Positions 10,774 to 20,813 are shown, counted from the stretch's first letter. The stretch is 64,000 nt of DNA from an uncultured Oscillospiraceae bacterium (GCA_964467585.1 CAYXRF010000001.1:242250-306249), one strand, 5' to 3'. Notes: generated from the letters alone by a model not told the origin. Numbers and translations: made by a program.

Positions 10774-11307
10774 ATGGAGCTTAAGGGAACGACAATTGTT
10801 GCAGTTCGCCGTGACGGCGAATGCGCAATTGCGGGCGATGGTCAAGTCACGCTTGGTGAAACGACAATTATGAAAGCAACGGCTAAGAAGGTTCGCAGAA
10901 TTTATGGCGGAAAGGTCGTTGTAGGCTTTGCAGGCTCGGTTGCGGATGCATTTACGCTCTGCGACAGGTTTGAAACAAAGCTTGAGCAGCATGGCGGTGG
11001 CTTGCGCAGAGCGGCGGTTGCCCTTGCTCAGGATTGGAGAAATGACAAGGTAATGCGTCAGCTTCAAGCACTGCTTATTTGCGCGGACGCCGATGAGCTG
11101 CTTATTGTATCGGGAACGGGAGAGGTGATCGACCCTGACGATGGCATTGCCGCAATCGGTTCGGGCGGTATGTACGCGCTTGCAGCCGCAAGGGCGCTCA
11201 TCAAAAACACTGATATGAAGGCTCGTGATATTGCGGAGAAATCGCTTATGGTTGCATCCGAAATATGCGTATATACCAATTCAAACATCACGATTGAGGA
11301 GGTTTGA
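10774..11307 (+). CDS. hslV: ATP-dependent protease subunit HslV
   Basis: [15 protein letters not shown]... with N-terminal Thr nucleophile context. GAAGGAG RBS at 10757-10763. Confidence 0.93.
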   Translation: MELKGTTIVAVRRDGECAIAGDGQVTLGETTIMKATAKKVRRIYGGKVVVGFAGSVADAFTLCDRFETKLEQHGGGLRRAAVALAQDWRNDKVMRQLQALLICADADELLIVSGTGEVIDPDDGIAAIGSGGMYALAAARALIKNTDMKARDIAEKSLMVASEICVYTNSNITIEEV

Positions 11308-11311
11308 AAAA

Positions 11312-12703
11312 ATGTTGTCGCCAAAAGAAATAGTTGAACAGCTCGACAGATTCATCGTTGGGCAAACCGCAGCAAAGCGTTCGGTAGCAATCGCTTTAAG
11401 AAACCGTTACAGAAGAAGCAAGCTCCCCGAGGAAATCCGTGAGGAGATTACGCCCAAAAACATAATCATGATGGGACCGACAGGCGTTGGCAAGACTGAG
11501 ATAGCAAGGCGGCTTGCCAAGCTGGTGGACGCTCCGTTTGTAAAGGTTGAAGCTACAAAATTCACCGAGGTGGGCTATGTCGGCAGAGATGTTGACTCAA
11601 TGATCCGAGACCTTATTGAGGAATCAATCAGGCTGTGCAAACGTCGTCAATATGAAAAGGTTCACATTATGGCGGAGGCAGCGGCAGAGCAGCGATTAAT
11701 CAGCCTGCTGATGCACGATAACGACAGAAAACGTGCTTCACGCAAGGATGAACCTTCACCAATTCAAATTTTGCTTGGTGCAGGCAAGCCCGCAAAGGAG
11801 CCGGAGATAACTGAAGACGAGAAGCAGTCCCGAAAGGAAAAGCGTCAGCAAATCACGCAGAGCTTAAGAGATGGTGAATTTGAGGATGAAATCGTTGAGG
11901 TCGAGGTTTCGGAGAGCAACAACGGCAACAATGCAATGCTTGCCATGGGTATCGACATCAACCTGAATGAGGTATTGGGCGGAATGCTTCCACAGAAAAC
12001 AAAAAAGAGGAAGGTTCCTGTTTCCGAAGCACGCAGAATATTGATTCTTGAGGAGTCCGATAAGCTCATCGACATGGATGATGTTATACGCGAGGCAATA
12101 CATAATGCTGAACAGAACGGCATTGTGTTCATTGATGAGATTGATAAGATTGCTGAAACCGGTGCAGTAAGCGGACCGGATGTTTCCCGCGAGGGCGTGC
12201 AGCGCGACATACTGCCAATTGTTGAAGGTTCTACTGTCAGCACCAAATATGGTCCTGTAAAAACGGATTATATGCTGTTTATTGCTGCCGGCGCATTCCA
12301 TGTTGCAAAGGTAAGCGATCTTATTCCGGAATTGCAGGGGCGGTTTCCTATTCGTGTTAAGCTTGACGCTTTGTCAATTGAGGATTATGAGGCGATTCTC
12401 ACAAAGCCTGAGAATGCTGTTGTCAAACAGTATACGTCTTTGCTTGAAGCGGACAATGTTCACTTGATTTTTGACGACAGCGCAAAAAAAGCGATTGCGC
12501 TTGCCGCATATACCGAGAATGAGAGATCGGAGAACATTGGCGCAAGACGTCTGCACTCAATTATCGAAAACCTGCTTGACGAAATATCCTTTGATGCCAA
12601 CGGAGAATATCCAATGACCGATGTTCTGATTGATAAACAATATGTTGAAAAGCATATTGATTTATCAAAAGCATCGGACGACTTGCATAAATACATTATC
12701 TGA
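11312..12703 (+). CDS. hslU: ATP-dependent protease ATPase subunit HslU
   Basis: MLSPKEIVEQLDRFIVGQ, Walker A MMGPTGVGKTEIARRLA, and IVFIDEIDKI. Confidence 0.95.
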   Translation: MLSPKEIVEQLDRFIVGQTAAKRSVAIALRNRYRRSKLPEEIREEITPKNIIMMGPTGVGKTEIARRLAKLVDAPFVKVEATKFTEVGYVGRDVDSMIRDLIEESIRLCKRRQYEKVHIMAEAAAEQRLISLLMHDNDRKRASRKDEPSPIQILLGAGKPAKEPEITEDEKQSRKEKRQQITQSLRDGEFEDEIVEVEVSESNNGNNAMLAMGIDINLNEVLGGMLPQKTKKRKVPVSEARRILILEESDKLIDMDDVIREAIHNAEQNGIVFIDEIDKIAETGAVSGPDVSREGVQRDILPIVEGSTVSTKYGPVKTDYMLFIAAGAFHVAKVSDLIPELQGRFPIRVKLDALSIEDYEAILTKPENAVVKQYTSLLEADNVHLIFDDSAKKAIALAAYTENERSENIGARRLHSIIENLLDEISFDANGEYPMTDVLIDKQYVEKHIDLSKASDDLHKYII

Positions 12704-12733
12704 GTGGATAATAATACCTAAGGAGTGTGTTGT

Positions 12734-13639
12734 TTGAAAAAGCTTTGCTGTGCATTTATCATATTGGCAATGGCTGCGGTATTGCTCGTTGGCTGTAAGA
12801 CCGACGGGCAACAGACCGCCGTCGGCATTGCCAATGGTGAAACAGGCGCAGACGTTATAAGCATTGACACACCCGCTCCAACAGCAACTCCCAGTCCAAC
12901 ACCAACGCCTTCGCCAACGCCAACCGCAAGTCCGACACCCACGGCAACTCCAACGCCAACCATAACGCCTTCACCGACGCCCTCGCCAACCCCCGTTGTG
13001 ATTGAGAATCTCAGCTATATTCCTGCCCATGTCAACTGCGATGGCGTCAATCTGCGTGAACGTCCTAATACCAATGCAAACGTATTGGGTGTATATGGAT
13101 ATGGAGCGGACGTCTATCTTACGGGAAGGACGGGGGACTGGTATCGTGTTGAAATTGGCGATCTTGTTGGATTCATTGCCAAAAAGTTTATATCTATCGG
13201 ATACCACACAACCCCCACCCCCAAGCCGCCAAGCTGTTACACAGTGTATTCCGGTCAGTTTTCTGACGCGGAGGTGCTGCTTGTCGCTCAACTTATATAT
13301 GCAGAAGGTCATGGCAGCAGCTATGTGGGCTTCCGCGCCCTTGCAAGCGTGGTGCTTAATCGCGTAATGAATCAATCAGGATGGTTTCCCAATACGGTCA
13401 GCGGAGTCATATTCCAATCAGGTCAATATGGATACAGCCGCGAGCAATTGAGCGCGATAACGCCATCCAACACCGCTCTTGCGTCTGCAAGATATGTATT
13501 TCAAGAGCATGGAAGCACGCTTCCAAAAAAAGTGTTGTTTTATCGTGCGGCAAGCTGTGGTGTTGAATGGGTCTATTATACCGATTATTATGCCACTATC
13601 GAAGGCAACAACTATTACTACGGCAGATACTATTACTGA
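12734..13639 (+). CDS. Lipoprotein with Pro/Thr-rich linker, SH3-like domain and SleB/CwlJ-type cell-wall hydrolase domain
   Basis: AAGGAG at 12720-12725 lies 8 nt before TTG 12734. Lipobox LLVGC. SH3-like region [19 protein letters not shown]. Hydrolase_2-like region [13 protein letters not shown]...[10 protein letters not shown]. Confidence 0.7.
   Translation: MKKLCCAFIILAMAAVLLVGCKTDGQQTAVGIANGETGADVISIDTPAPTATPSPTPTPSPTPTASPTPTATPTPTITPSPTPSPTPVVIENLSYIPAHVNCDGVNLRERPNTNANVLGVYGYGADVYLTGRTGDWYRVEIGDLVGFIAKKFISIGYHTTPTPKPPSCYTVYSGQFSDAEVLLVAQLIYAEGHGSSYVGFRALASVVLNRVMNQSGWFPNTVSGVIFQSGQYGYSREQLSAITPSNTALASARYVFQEHGSTLPKKVLFYRAASCGVEWVYYTDYYATIEGNNYYYGRYYY
12868..12993 (+). repeat. Low-complexity Pro/Thr/Ser-rich linker coding repeat
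   Basis: Encodes [42 protein letters not shown]. It also produces a spurious GVGVAVG ORF on the opposite strand. Confidence 0.85.
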
Positions 13640-13701
13640 TACATTTTTTGAAAACGAACATACTAAAACCGTCAATCTGATGAAAGGCGGTTTTTATTAT
13701 T

Positions 13702-16086
13702 GTGAAAGCCATAATTCTTGCGGGGGGAGACGGCAAACGGCTTCGTCCCATGACGTGTACAATGCCAAAGCCATTAGTTCCATTGCTCAACAAACCAACG
13801 ATATTTTATACGTTGGAGCTTCTGAAGCGCCACGAAATAAATGACGTAATAATCACTCTTGGCTATATGGGTGACATGCTGAAGCGTCAAGTCGGTGATG
13901 GCACAGCATTTGGTCTTAACATCACTTACTCTGATTCAGAGCTGCGGCTTGGCACTGCGGGCAGCGTGAGACTTGCCGCAGAGGGTATAGACGACAGAAT
14001 ATTGGTGTTAAGCGGCGATGGCTTGACCGATGCAGATCTCACTGGGGCGTTAGAGTCCCATGCTTCCGCGCAGGCTGATGCAACGGTAATATTACATAGA
14101 ATCAGTGATCCGCGTGAGTATGGGATTGCGTTGACCGATAAGGACGGCTTTATTACCCGATTTATTGAAAAGCCCTCACGTTCAACCGTATTCAGCGATC
14201 TTGCCAATACAGGTATGTACATATTGGAGCCAAGCGTAATTGGACTGATACCCTCAACGGGCGCATACGACTTTTCAAAGGACCTTTTCCCTCGAATGCT
14301 TGCAAATAATCAGAAAATATTTGGCTTCAGAATGAATGGATACTGGTGCGATATTGGGAATTCATCACAATATGCAGCCGCACAAAGGGATATGCTTGAC
14401 GGCAAATGCGTATTTTGCACAACGGCAAAGCGTTATGGAAGCATTTTGATGGAATCTGATGCGCACATTGCTGCAAGCGCTAAACTCGTTGGCCCTTGTT
14501 ACATTGGAAATGGTGTTGAGATTGGAGACGTGGCATGTATTGAGCAATACTCAATACTCGGCAGCGGAGCAAAGCTTTTAAATGGCGTCAGCGTTAAGCG
14601 TTCTGTTATTATGCGAAATGCAATCTTGAGAAGCGGCGCGGAGGTAAGGGGCGCTATAATATGTGAAAATGCAGAAATAGGAGAGGACTCCACTGTTTAC
14701 GAGAGCAGCGTCATTGGCGCGGGAACTGTGCTTGAAAAAAACGTTTCCGTGACGGGCGGGCATTCAATATGGCCAAGCAAATATATTGAAAGCGGGTCAA
14801 AATGCAGTGATGATATAGTGTGGGGAGAGTATAAACGTATTTCTTTTCTCAATTCATGTATATTTGGATATGGCGACAGCATGCTTACGCCTGAAGCAAT
14901 GGTGAGGATTGCGGCTTCTTATGCGCAGAGGTTCACAGCACCAAGCTGCATTTGCATTGGCAGCGATGGAAGCGAAGCGGCGGCAATGCTTAAATCGGCT
15001 GGGATAGCAGGTATAGTGTCTAACGGAATTAACGCAGTAAACATTTCCAATTGTGGTAAAAGTGTTTTTGCAAATGCCATTGTCGATACCTCTTCTGCGG
15101 GAGGCATATATGTTGAATGCGACTCACCTCAGCATTTGGTGCGCGCAAATATATATGGCGGCATGGGTGCGGAGGCTGATGACGATGATATGCGCAGCAT
15201 AGAGAAGGCATTTGTGTTTGGCGAGCAAAAGCCGGTTACAAACACAGAAATTGGCCTGATTATCGATTATTCCGGCGCAGAGCTTGCTTATGAGGCAAAG
15301 CTGCTAAAAGAAATCAACGCAAATGACATGATCCGAAACCGAAAAAAGCTTATTCTTGCCGCTAACGACCATATAATTCAAACCGTTTCAAGGGTTCTGT
15401 TACGTCTTGGTTGGGATGTTGACGGCATAAGCAGTAATAAAAAGCTTATTGCATCGCCAAGTAAAGACACAATTTCAATCTTCTGTAACGATGATGAGAT
15501 TATGTGTGCATATGTTTATCCTGACAGAATAATTGAATATTGGGAGCTGTTATGTATCATTGCCACACAATCAAATTTTGATGGAAAACGTGTGCCATTG
15601 CCCGTTGATACAGCAATTCCACTTCAGGATTATCTTGTTGGACGGAGCATTGATTTGCTAAACGTACCCGTCGAACTGTCCAGGCGGCGTAACTTTGCCA
15701 AACACGAGGGCGCATATATCGCGCAGATGTTGGAACCCGAAGCGATGATCCTTGCAATATGTGACACATTTTCAAATGATACTCTTGAAAGTGAAGCAAG
15801 AAAGCTTCCCAATAGCTGCCGTGAGGAAGTGTCAATGCGAGTTAATCAGGGGGATATCGGACGAATTTTGCGCCGCATAGTTGAATCTGAAGCATATGTC
15901 TCAGCGGAACTTGTGGATGGTGTACGTCTAAGACACGATAGTGGCTGGGTTACGATTCGCCCCGTATCTGAAAAATCAGCGTTTAAGGTCGTTGCCGGCA
16001 GCATGGATTCGGAATATGCGAAAGAATTGTGCGATATTTATATTGAAAAACTAAAGATGATACGAAAGAGTAAAAAATCAACTTGA
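13702..16086 (+). CDS. Sugar-phosphate nucleotidyltransferase fused to left-handed beta-helix and a PGM/PMM-like C-terminal region
   Basis: N-terminus MKAIILAGGDGKRLRPMTCTMPKPLVPL (NTP_transferase). A hexapeptide-repeat middle region. The C-terminal ~400 aa resembles phosphohexomutase but has no clear TASHNP loop. Confidence 0.7.
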   Translation: MKAIILAGGDGKRLRPMTCTMPKPLVPLLNKPTIFYTLELLKRHEINDVIITLGYMGDMLKRQVGDGTAFGLNITYSDSELRLGTAGSVRLAAEGIDDRILVLSGDGLTDADLTGALESHASAQADATVILHRISDPREYGIALTDKDGFITRFIEKPSRSTVFSDLANTGMYILEPSVIGLIPSTGAYDFSKDLFPRMLANNQKIFGFRMNGYWCDIGNSSQYAAAQRDMLDGKCVFCTTAKRYGSILMESDAHIAASAKLVGPCYIGNGVEIGDVACIEQYSILGSGAKLLNGVSVKRSVIMRNAILRSGAEVRGAIICENAEIGEDSTVYESSVIGAGTVLEKNVSVTGGHSIWPSKYIESGSKCSDDIVWGEYKRISFLNSCIFGYGDSMLTPEAMVRIAASYAQRFTAPSCICIGSDGSEAAAMLKSAGIAGIVSNGINAVNISNCGKSVFANAIVDTSSAGGIYVECDSPQHLVRANIYGGMGAEADDDDMRSIEKAFVFGEQKPVTNTEIGLIIDYSGAELAYEAKLLKEINANDMIRNRKKLILAANDHIIQTVSRVLLRLGWDVDGISSNKKLIASPSKDTISIFCNDDEIMCAYVYPDRIIEYWELLCIIATQSNFDGKRVPLPVDTAIPLQDYLVGRSIDLLNVPVELSRRRNFAKHEGAYIAQMLEPEAMILAICDTFSNDTLESEARKLPNSCREEVSMRVNQGDIGRILRRIVESEAYVSAELVDGVRLRHDSGWVTIRPVSEKSAFKVVAGSMDSEYAKELCDIYIEKLKMIRKSKKST

Positions 16087-16116
16087 TTATTTCATGATTG
16101 CTGTTAAAATAGCATT

Positions 16117-16578
16117 ATGTTTAACGTGGTGCTCGTGGAGCCGGAGATCCCCCAAAACACCGGCAACATTTCAAGAACCTGCGCGGTAACAGGTTGCGCT
16201 CTGCATCTTGTGCGTCCGCTCGGGTTCTCTGTTGACGACCGTTATCTTAAAAGAGCGGGTCTTGACTATTGGAATGACCTTGAGATCTTTTATTATGACA
16301 GCTTCATGCAGCTCGAAAAGCAGCACGAGGGCTCACGTTTTTTCTTATGCTCGACTCATGCATATCGCTCTTATGCAGAGGTTGAGTATCATCCCGATGA
16401 TTTTCTTGTGTTCGGCAAGGAAACCGCAGGGCTTGGACAAGCAATACTTGGCTCAAGGATGGATAACGCCGTAAGGATCCCTATGCTGCCGAACAGAAGG
16501 TCGCTTAATCTTTCTAATTCTGTGGCGATTGTCGTATACGAGGCGTTGCGGCAAAATGATTTCAAGGGTTTTGAATGA
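16117..16578 (+). CDS. trmL: tRNA (cytidine/uridine34-2'-O)-methyltransferase TrmL (SpoU family)
   Basis: Collinear with E. coli TrmL: VLVEPEIPQNTGNISRTCA...LKRAGLDYW...SLNLSNSVAIVVYEALRQ. Confidence 0.88.
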   Translation: MFNVVLVEPEIPQNTGNISRTCAVTGCALHLVRPLGFSVDDRYLKRAGLDYWNDLEIFYYDSFMQLEKQHEGSRFFLCSTHAYRSYAEVEYHPDDFLVFGKETAGLGQAILGSRMDNAVRIPMLPNRRSLNLSNSVAIVVYEALRQNDFKGFE

Positions 16579-16595
16579 ATGGAGGATGTCTTGAA

Positions 16596-17243
16596 ATGGA
16601 CGGTAACAGAGCATATGATATATTAATAGGAACAAAGCTTATCGCAATTTCGCGGGGGCTTTATGGTGAGCAGCTTTTTGCAGCTGCTAAGGCTCTTTTC
16701 AGGGGCGGTGTACGCGCTATTGAGGTTACATTTGAGCAGGACAAGCCTGTCGGGCAAACGGCTGACTGTATCGGTCAATTAGCCGATATTTTTGGAGAGG
16801 ACGCCTGCATAGGCGCAGGAACAGTTCTGACGCTTGAGCAGTTAAAAGCTGCACATTCTGCGGGTGCTTCATTTATCATTTCACCCAATACCGACCCGGA
16901 TATTATTGAGCAGACCCGAGGACTTGGACCGGTTTCCATACCGGGAGCTATGACGCCGACGGAGATTGCTTTTGCATACAGCTTGGGTGCGGACATTGTT
17001 AAAGTGTTTCCTGCGGGAGCCCTCGGCATTGATTATTTCAAGGCTGTTCGTGCGCCTCTGCGTCACATTCCTATGGCAGCCGTTGCCGGAATAAACGAGT
17101 CAAACATCAAAAGCTTTCAAAAAGCAGGTGCTGTTGCGTTCGGCATAAGCAACGGTCTTTTCATAAGAGAAGCTATTATGAACGGGCAATATGCCGAAAT
17201 CACAGATGCAGCACGACGATTTAAGAGTATCCTCGAACAATAG
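16596..17243 (+). CDS. eda: KDPG / 4-hydroxy-2-oxoglutarate aldolase family protein
   Basis: IAISRG...EVTF...IGAGTVL...FIISPN...IPGAMTPTEI...VKVFPA pattern. GGAGG at 16582-16586 precedes ATG 16596; the ORF track starts at 16575. Confidence 0.8.
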   Translation: MDGNRAYDILIGTKLIAISRGLYGEQLFAAAKALFRGGVRAIEVTFEQDKPVGQTADCIGQLADIFGEDACIGAGTVLTLEQLKAAHSAGASFIISPNTDPDIIEQTRGLGPVSIPGAMTPTEIAFAYSLGADIVKVFPAGALGIDYFKAVRAPLRHIPMAAVAGINESNIKSFQKAGAVAFGISNGLFIREAIMNGQYAEITDAARRFKSILEQ

Positions 17244-17333
17244 GCTATGTCAAGGCGCGATCAACCTCGCGCCTTTTGTATAAATAATGGTGTGACGCAA
17301 ATAATACAGCTGAGTATTATTTGGAGGCGTCGC

Positions 17334-18365
17334 ATGGGAAAAAGGGTTGGCAGCCAGTCTTTCATTCTTGAAAGTATGCCGCGTATTATATCCTCCGCAT
17401 CGTTTGTTGGTGATAAGGAAGGCAAAGGTCCGTTAGGCGGACGCTTTGACACAATTGTTGTTGACGATACACTTGGGCTTAACAGCTGGGAGCAGGCGGA
17501 AAGCCGCATGCTTGAAAGTGCAGTAAGGCTATCCCTTGCGAAGATTGATAAAAAACCAAATGAAATTGATTTTTTTATGGGCGGCGATCTGCTGAACCAG
17601 ATAATCTCTGCAGGCTACGCAGCAAGGGAGCTTCGTGCGCCGTTCTTGGGGCTGTACGGCGCTTGTTCGACTATTTCAGAAGGGCTTCTTATAGGCTCCA
17701 TGCTTACCGACGGTGGCTTTTCAAGTCTTGGCGTTTGTGGCGCAAGCAGTCATTTTTCGTCCGCTGAAAGGCAATTCAGATTCCCTCTTGAAATGGGAAC
17801 GCAACCAACGCCTACGTCTCAACGAACGGTAACAGGCGCCGGAGCAATTGTTGTTGCAGCTGCGGATACGGCGTGCATTTCATCTGTTTTTGAACACATT
17901 CGTCTTACCGGCGGAACCATCGGAAAGGTTGCTGACTTTGGCATAACCGATGCAAATAACATGGGCGCGGCGATGGCTCCCGCCGCTGCTGCGACAATAT
18001 GTGCGCATATGCAGGACAATTCTGCTTCACCTGATGATTTTGACGCAATAATTACAGGAGACCTTGGGGCATTCGGCAGCGATATGCTGTATGAGCTGTG
18101 TAACGACAGAGGTATTGATATCCAACGGAAGCATGTTGACTGCGGAAAGCTGATGTTCTCAACTGACCAAAATGTTAATTGCGGTGCAAGCGGTTGCGGC
18201 TGTGCAGCAACGGTACTTAGCTCTCATATCTTGCCAATGGTAGAAAAGGGCGATTATTCACGCATACTTTTCATGGCAACCGGTGCGCTTATGAGCACAG
18301 TTGCAACAATGCAGGGCGAGAGCATACCGTCTATTGCACATGCGGTAGTAATTGAAAGGATATAA
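17334..18365 (+). CDS. spoVAD: Stage V sporulation protein AD
   Basis: Collinear with B. subtilis SpoVAD (GDLLNQ...GACST...SSHFSSAERQFRFP...IPSIAHAVVIER). GGAGG at 17323-17327. Confidence 0.9.
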   Translation: MGKRVGSQSFILESMPRIISSASFVGDKEGKGPLGGRFDTIVVDDTLGLNSWEQAESRMLESAVRLSLAKIDKKPNEIDFFMGGDLLNQIISAGYAARELRAPFLGLYGACSTISEGLLIGSMLTDGGFSSLGVCGASSHFSSAERQFRFPLEMGTQPTPTSQRTVTGAGAIVVAAADTACISSVFEHIRLTGGTIGKVADFGITDANNMGAAMAPAAAATICAHMQDNSASPDDFDAIITGDLGAFGSDMLYELCNDRGIDIQRKHVDCGKLMFSTDQNVNCGASGCGCAATVLSSHILPMVEKGDYSRILFMATGALMSTVATMQGESIPSIAHAVVIERI

Positions 18366-18736
18366 TGATGAGCAGTTTTATCAGTTATGTTTGGGCTTTT
18401 TTGGTGGGCGGAGCGATTTGTCTGATTGGGCAGCTTCTGATTAGCCTCACGCGTCTTACCCCTGCGCGTATCCTCGTTTTATTTGTCACGGCGGGAGTTA
18501 TTCTGACCGGATTAGGCATATACGAACATATCGTAAACTTTGCCGGAGCCGGCGCGACTATCCCGTTGACCGGATTTGGGTATTCGTTGGGAAAGGGCGC
18601 GATTGACGGTGCGATGGAAGATGGCTTGTTAGGCGCATTGACCGGCGGGGTTAAAAAAACCGCAGCAGGCATTGCCGCAGCGGTTGTATTCGGATATGTA
18701 ATTGCTTTGATTTTTAAACCCAAAACAAAGGTTTAA
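18365..18736 (+). CDS. spoVAE: Stage V sporulation protein AE (SpoVAEb-type)
   Basis: WAFLVGGAICLIGQLL...FAGAGATIPLTGFG...ALIFKPK. TAATG overlap with spoVAD. Confidence 0.82.
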   Translation: MMSSFISYVWAFLVGGAICLIGQLLISLTRLTPARILVLFVTAGVILTGLGIYEHIVNFAGAGATIPLTGFGYSLGKGAIDGAMEDGLLGALTGGVKKTAAGIAAAVVFGYVIALIFKPKTKV

Positions 18737-20338
18737 TTAATCGGCCGGCTTAGCAATTTTGTATTCAGGCAGCAATTCGTCAACAGATGGATCAAAGCCG
18801 CGCCAGACACATATACGCAGGGGATGCATTTTGTACTCAGATTCCGCAACGGGGACGGGGGAGCCAACGCGTTTTCCGTCAAGATAATACTGCTTGTATG
18901 ACTGGTATTTGTACCCAACCTTCGCGCTGTTAAAGATATACCAATATGGAGCGTGAAGTGCCGACTTCTCAATATATTCTGTTGCGCCTATCTCAATCGT
19001 TTCGGTAAGCTCGGCGTAGAAGACTATACTGTCAAATGTTTCGGGGAATGGTTCACCCCATATCTCACAGCAGACATTTTTTTCATCGGTATCGACCCAC
19101 ATAAAAATGTATACATTGTGTTCGGTATTGTTGCTCCACTTAAAATCGATTCTGCCGGTGTCGATTGTTGCATCCTGCCCCCAAGGCACATAACCAACGT
19201 GAGAAGAATGGTTAATTCTGTATACAACCTTAAAATCACCGAGAATGACGGCATTGTACATTGTTGACGAGACATGGCATACGCCGCCGCCGGGAGAATC
19301 CTTACTGTTTGCGCCGCCGTCAATAAAGCCAGGGGCAAGCAGCCAACCCAGCTCGGTTGTTCTGTCTCCAAGCGTATCATTTGCAGAAAAGACATTTGTG
19401 CCGTCATTTGGGTCGTTGGGATTTGCGGGAGGCAAAACCGTGCCGTTAACAATGCCGCAAGCCTTTTTAATGTTATAAACACGGTTGACGGCGTTGTACG
19501 GACTTCTGCCGTAGCTGCTTTCGTAATGAGAACGCAACACAATATTAGATTGTATATCTTCAAGCAAAACAGTTGGGTATATTTCTTCAGTCTTAATTTC
19601 AACAACGCCATAATCGCGTGTCTCAGTACGATCAACAACCTCATTTAAGGCGTCTTCAACAAGCGTCTTTCGCCCATTTGACTCCTTCACAAAAATGAAT
19701 CTGTCGGGAGAAACATAGTCAGGCAGCGAAGTCGGATCCTCAATTCCCTCATAGGTTGAGTCGGTCACATATACGCTGTCAGGATTGGGCTGATAGGATG
19801 CATCGGTTGCGGGGTAGTCAAGCACGTCTGCCATTGAAATAATTCTTGTGCGGATAAGAGCAACCTTGGGGGAGATTGTGTATTCAATGGTATATGATCT
19901 CCCTTCGGCAGCAATTTGATCAATTTGTTGTTGCAGAGACTCCAATTCGCCTTCACGCGCCAGAAAAATTGCGTCAGAAAGAATAGATTCGGTGTTGAAG
20001 CTGATATCAAACTCATAAGAAGTCAAATTGAGAGTACATTCCTCATGATGGAGTTCAAATCCAACATCGGAAATAATCGAAGCTTCAACGGGCTTCAAGG
20101 CTTCGCTTGCTTCGCTCATCGTCATACCGCCAATGGATACACCATTGACGGTTATACCGTTGTGGAAGGTTTCACTGTTTTCAATCTGTTGACGAAGAGC
20201 CTCAATCTCATTGGTGATCGCCTCGGCATAGGATGCGGAACCATTTGCGTAAACCTTGTTTGCAATCAAAACGCAACAAACTACACCGGCAAGGCAGACA
20301 ACACCCGTTAGAACATAATGAAATACTTTCTTCACCAC
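18737..20338 (-). CDS. VanW family protein with N-terminal membrane anchor and PG-binding-like region
   Basis: VanW core GGGVCHVSSTMYNAVILG...RINHSSHVGYVPWGQDATI. N-terminal TM segment. Confidence 0.85.
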   Translation of the reverse strand: MVKKVFHYVLTGVVCLAGVVCCVLIANKVYANGSASYAEAITNEIEALRQQIENSETFHNGITVNGVSIGGMTMSEASEALKPVEASIISDVGFELHHEECTLNLTSYEFDISFNTESILSDAIFLAREGELESLQQQIDQIAAEGRSYTIEYTISPKVALIRTRIISMADVLDYPATDASYQPNPDSVYVTDSTYEGIEDPTSLPDYVSPDRFIFVKESNGRKTLVEDALNEVVDRTETRDYGVVEIKTEEIYPTVLLEDIQSNIVLRSHYESSYGRSPYNAVNRVYNIKKACGIVNGTVLPPANPNDPNDGTNVFSANDTLGDRTTELGWLLAPGFIDGGANSKDSPGGGVCHVSSTMYNAVILGDFKVVYRINHSSHVGYVPWGQDATIDTGRIDFKWSNNTEHNVYIFMWVDTDEKNVCCEIWGEPFPETFDSIVFYAELTETIEIGATEYIEKSALHAPYWYIFNSAKVGYKYQSYKQYYLDGKRVGSPVPVAESEYKMHPLRICVWRGFDPSVDELLPEYKIAKPAD

Positions 20339-20391
20339 TAAATACCTCTGTACACAGCATTACAGACTAATTATAGCGTATGCCGCCCTAA

Positions 20392-20409
20392 TTGTAAATG
20401 GATTTACAA
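20392..20409. promoter_or_regulatory. 8-2-8 perfect palindrome overlapping the putative vanW-family promoter
   Basis: TTGTAAAT-GG-ATTTACAA. On the minus strand it overlaps a TTACAA -35 that sits 16 nt from a TATAAT. Confidence 0.25.
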
Positions 20410-20538
20410 AAAGTTAACAATTACCATTTGCATGTCGGATGTGAAACATTTTCACCCCACGAAAGACTTGCTTTGGGAAATATATCATTGGTATGAGAAT
20501 TTTTTCAAAAGAATCAGACAAATACTTCTTTTGATCAT

Positions 20539-20587
20539 AAAAAACATCGCAGAGAACGAATACAATCATCATATCAGTTCTCTGCGA
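20539..20587 (-). terminator. Rho-independent terminator downstream of tRNA-Leu(CAA)
   Basis: 11-bp stem tcgcagagaac/gttctctgcga, followed on the minus strand by a T6 run. Confidence 0.7.
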
Positions 20588-20593
20588 CATAGT

Positions 20594-20680
20594 TGGTGCC
20601 GGTGGCCGGACTCGAACCGGCACGGTATCGCTACCGGTGGATTTTGAGTCCACTACGTCTGCCAATTCCATCACACCGGC
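20594..20680 (-). tRNA. tRNA-Leu (anticodon CAA), class II, encoded CCA
   Basis: Reverse complement is GCCGGTG...GTGGA-CTCAAAA-TCCAC, a long variable arm, GCCGG-TTCGAGT-CCGGC, then CACCGGC-A-CCA. All stems pair. Confidence 0.95.
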
Positions 20681-20813
20681 AAAAACAATGGAAATTTGAC
20701 TGACTGGAGGTAATGATACCACACTCAAACATCAAAATCAACCAGTTTTTTTAAAAAGGTGAAGGTGTTTTGCTGAAGTGAGTTGAGGTGTATGACACCG
20801 AGAATAATATATG

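Noticed and set aside
12718-12963. Gly/Val-rich ORF ([11 protein letters not shown]...) on the minus strand.
   Set aside because: It is the reverse-complement reading of the Pro/Thr-rich linker of the SleB-like lipoprotein gene.
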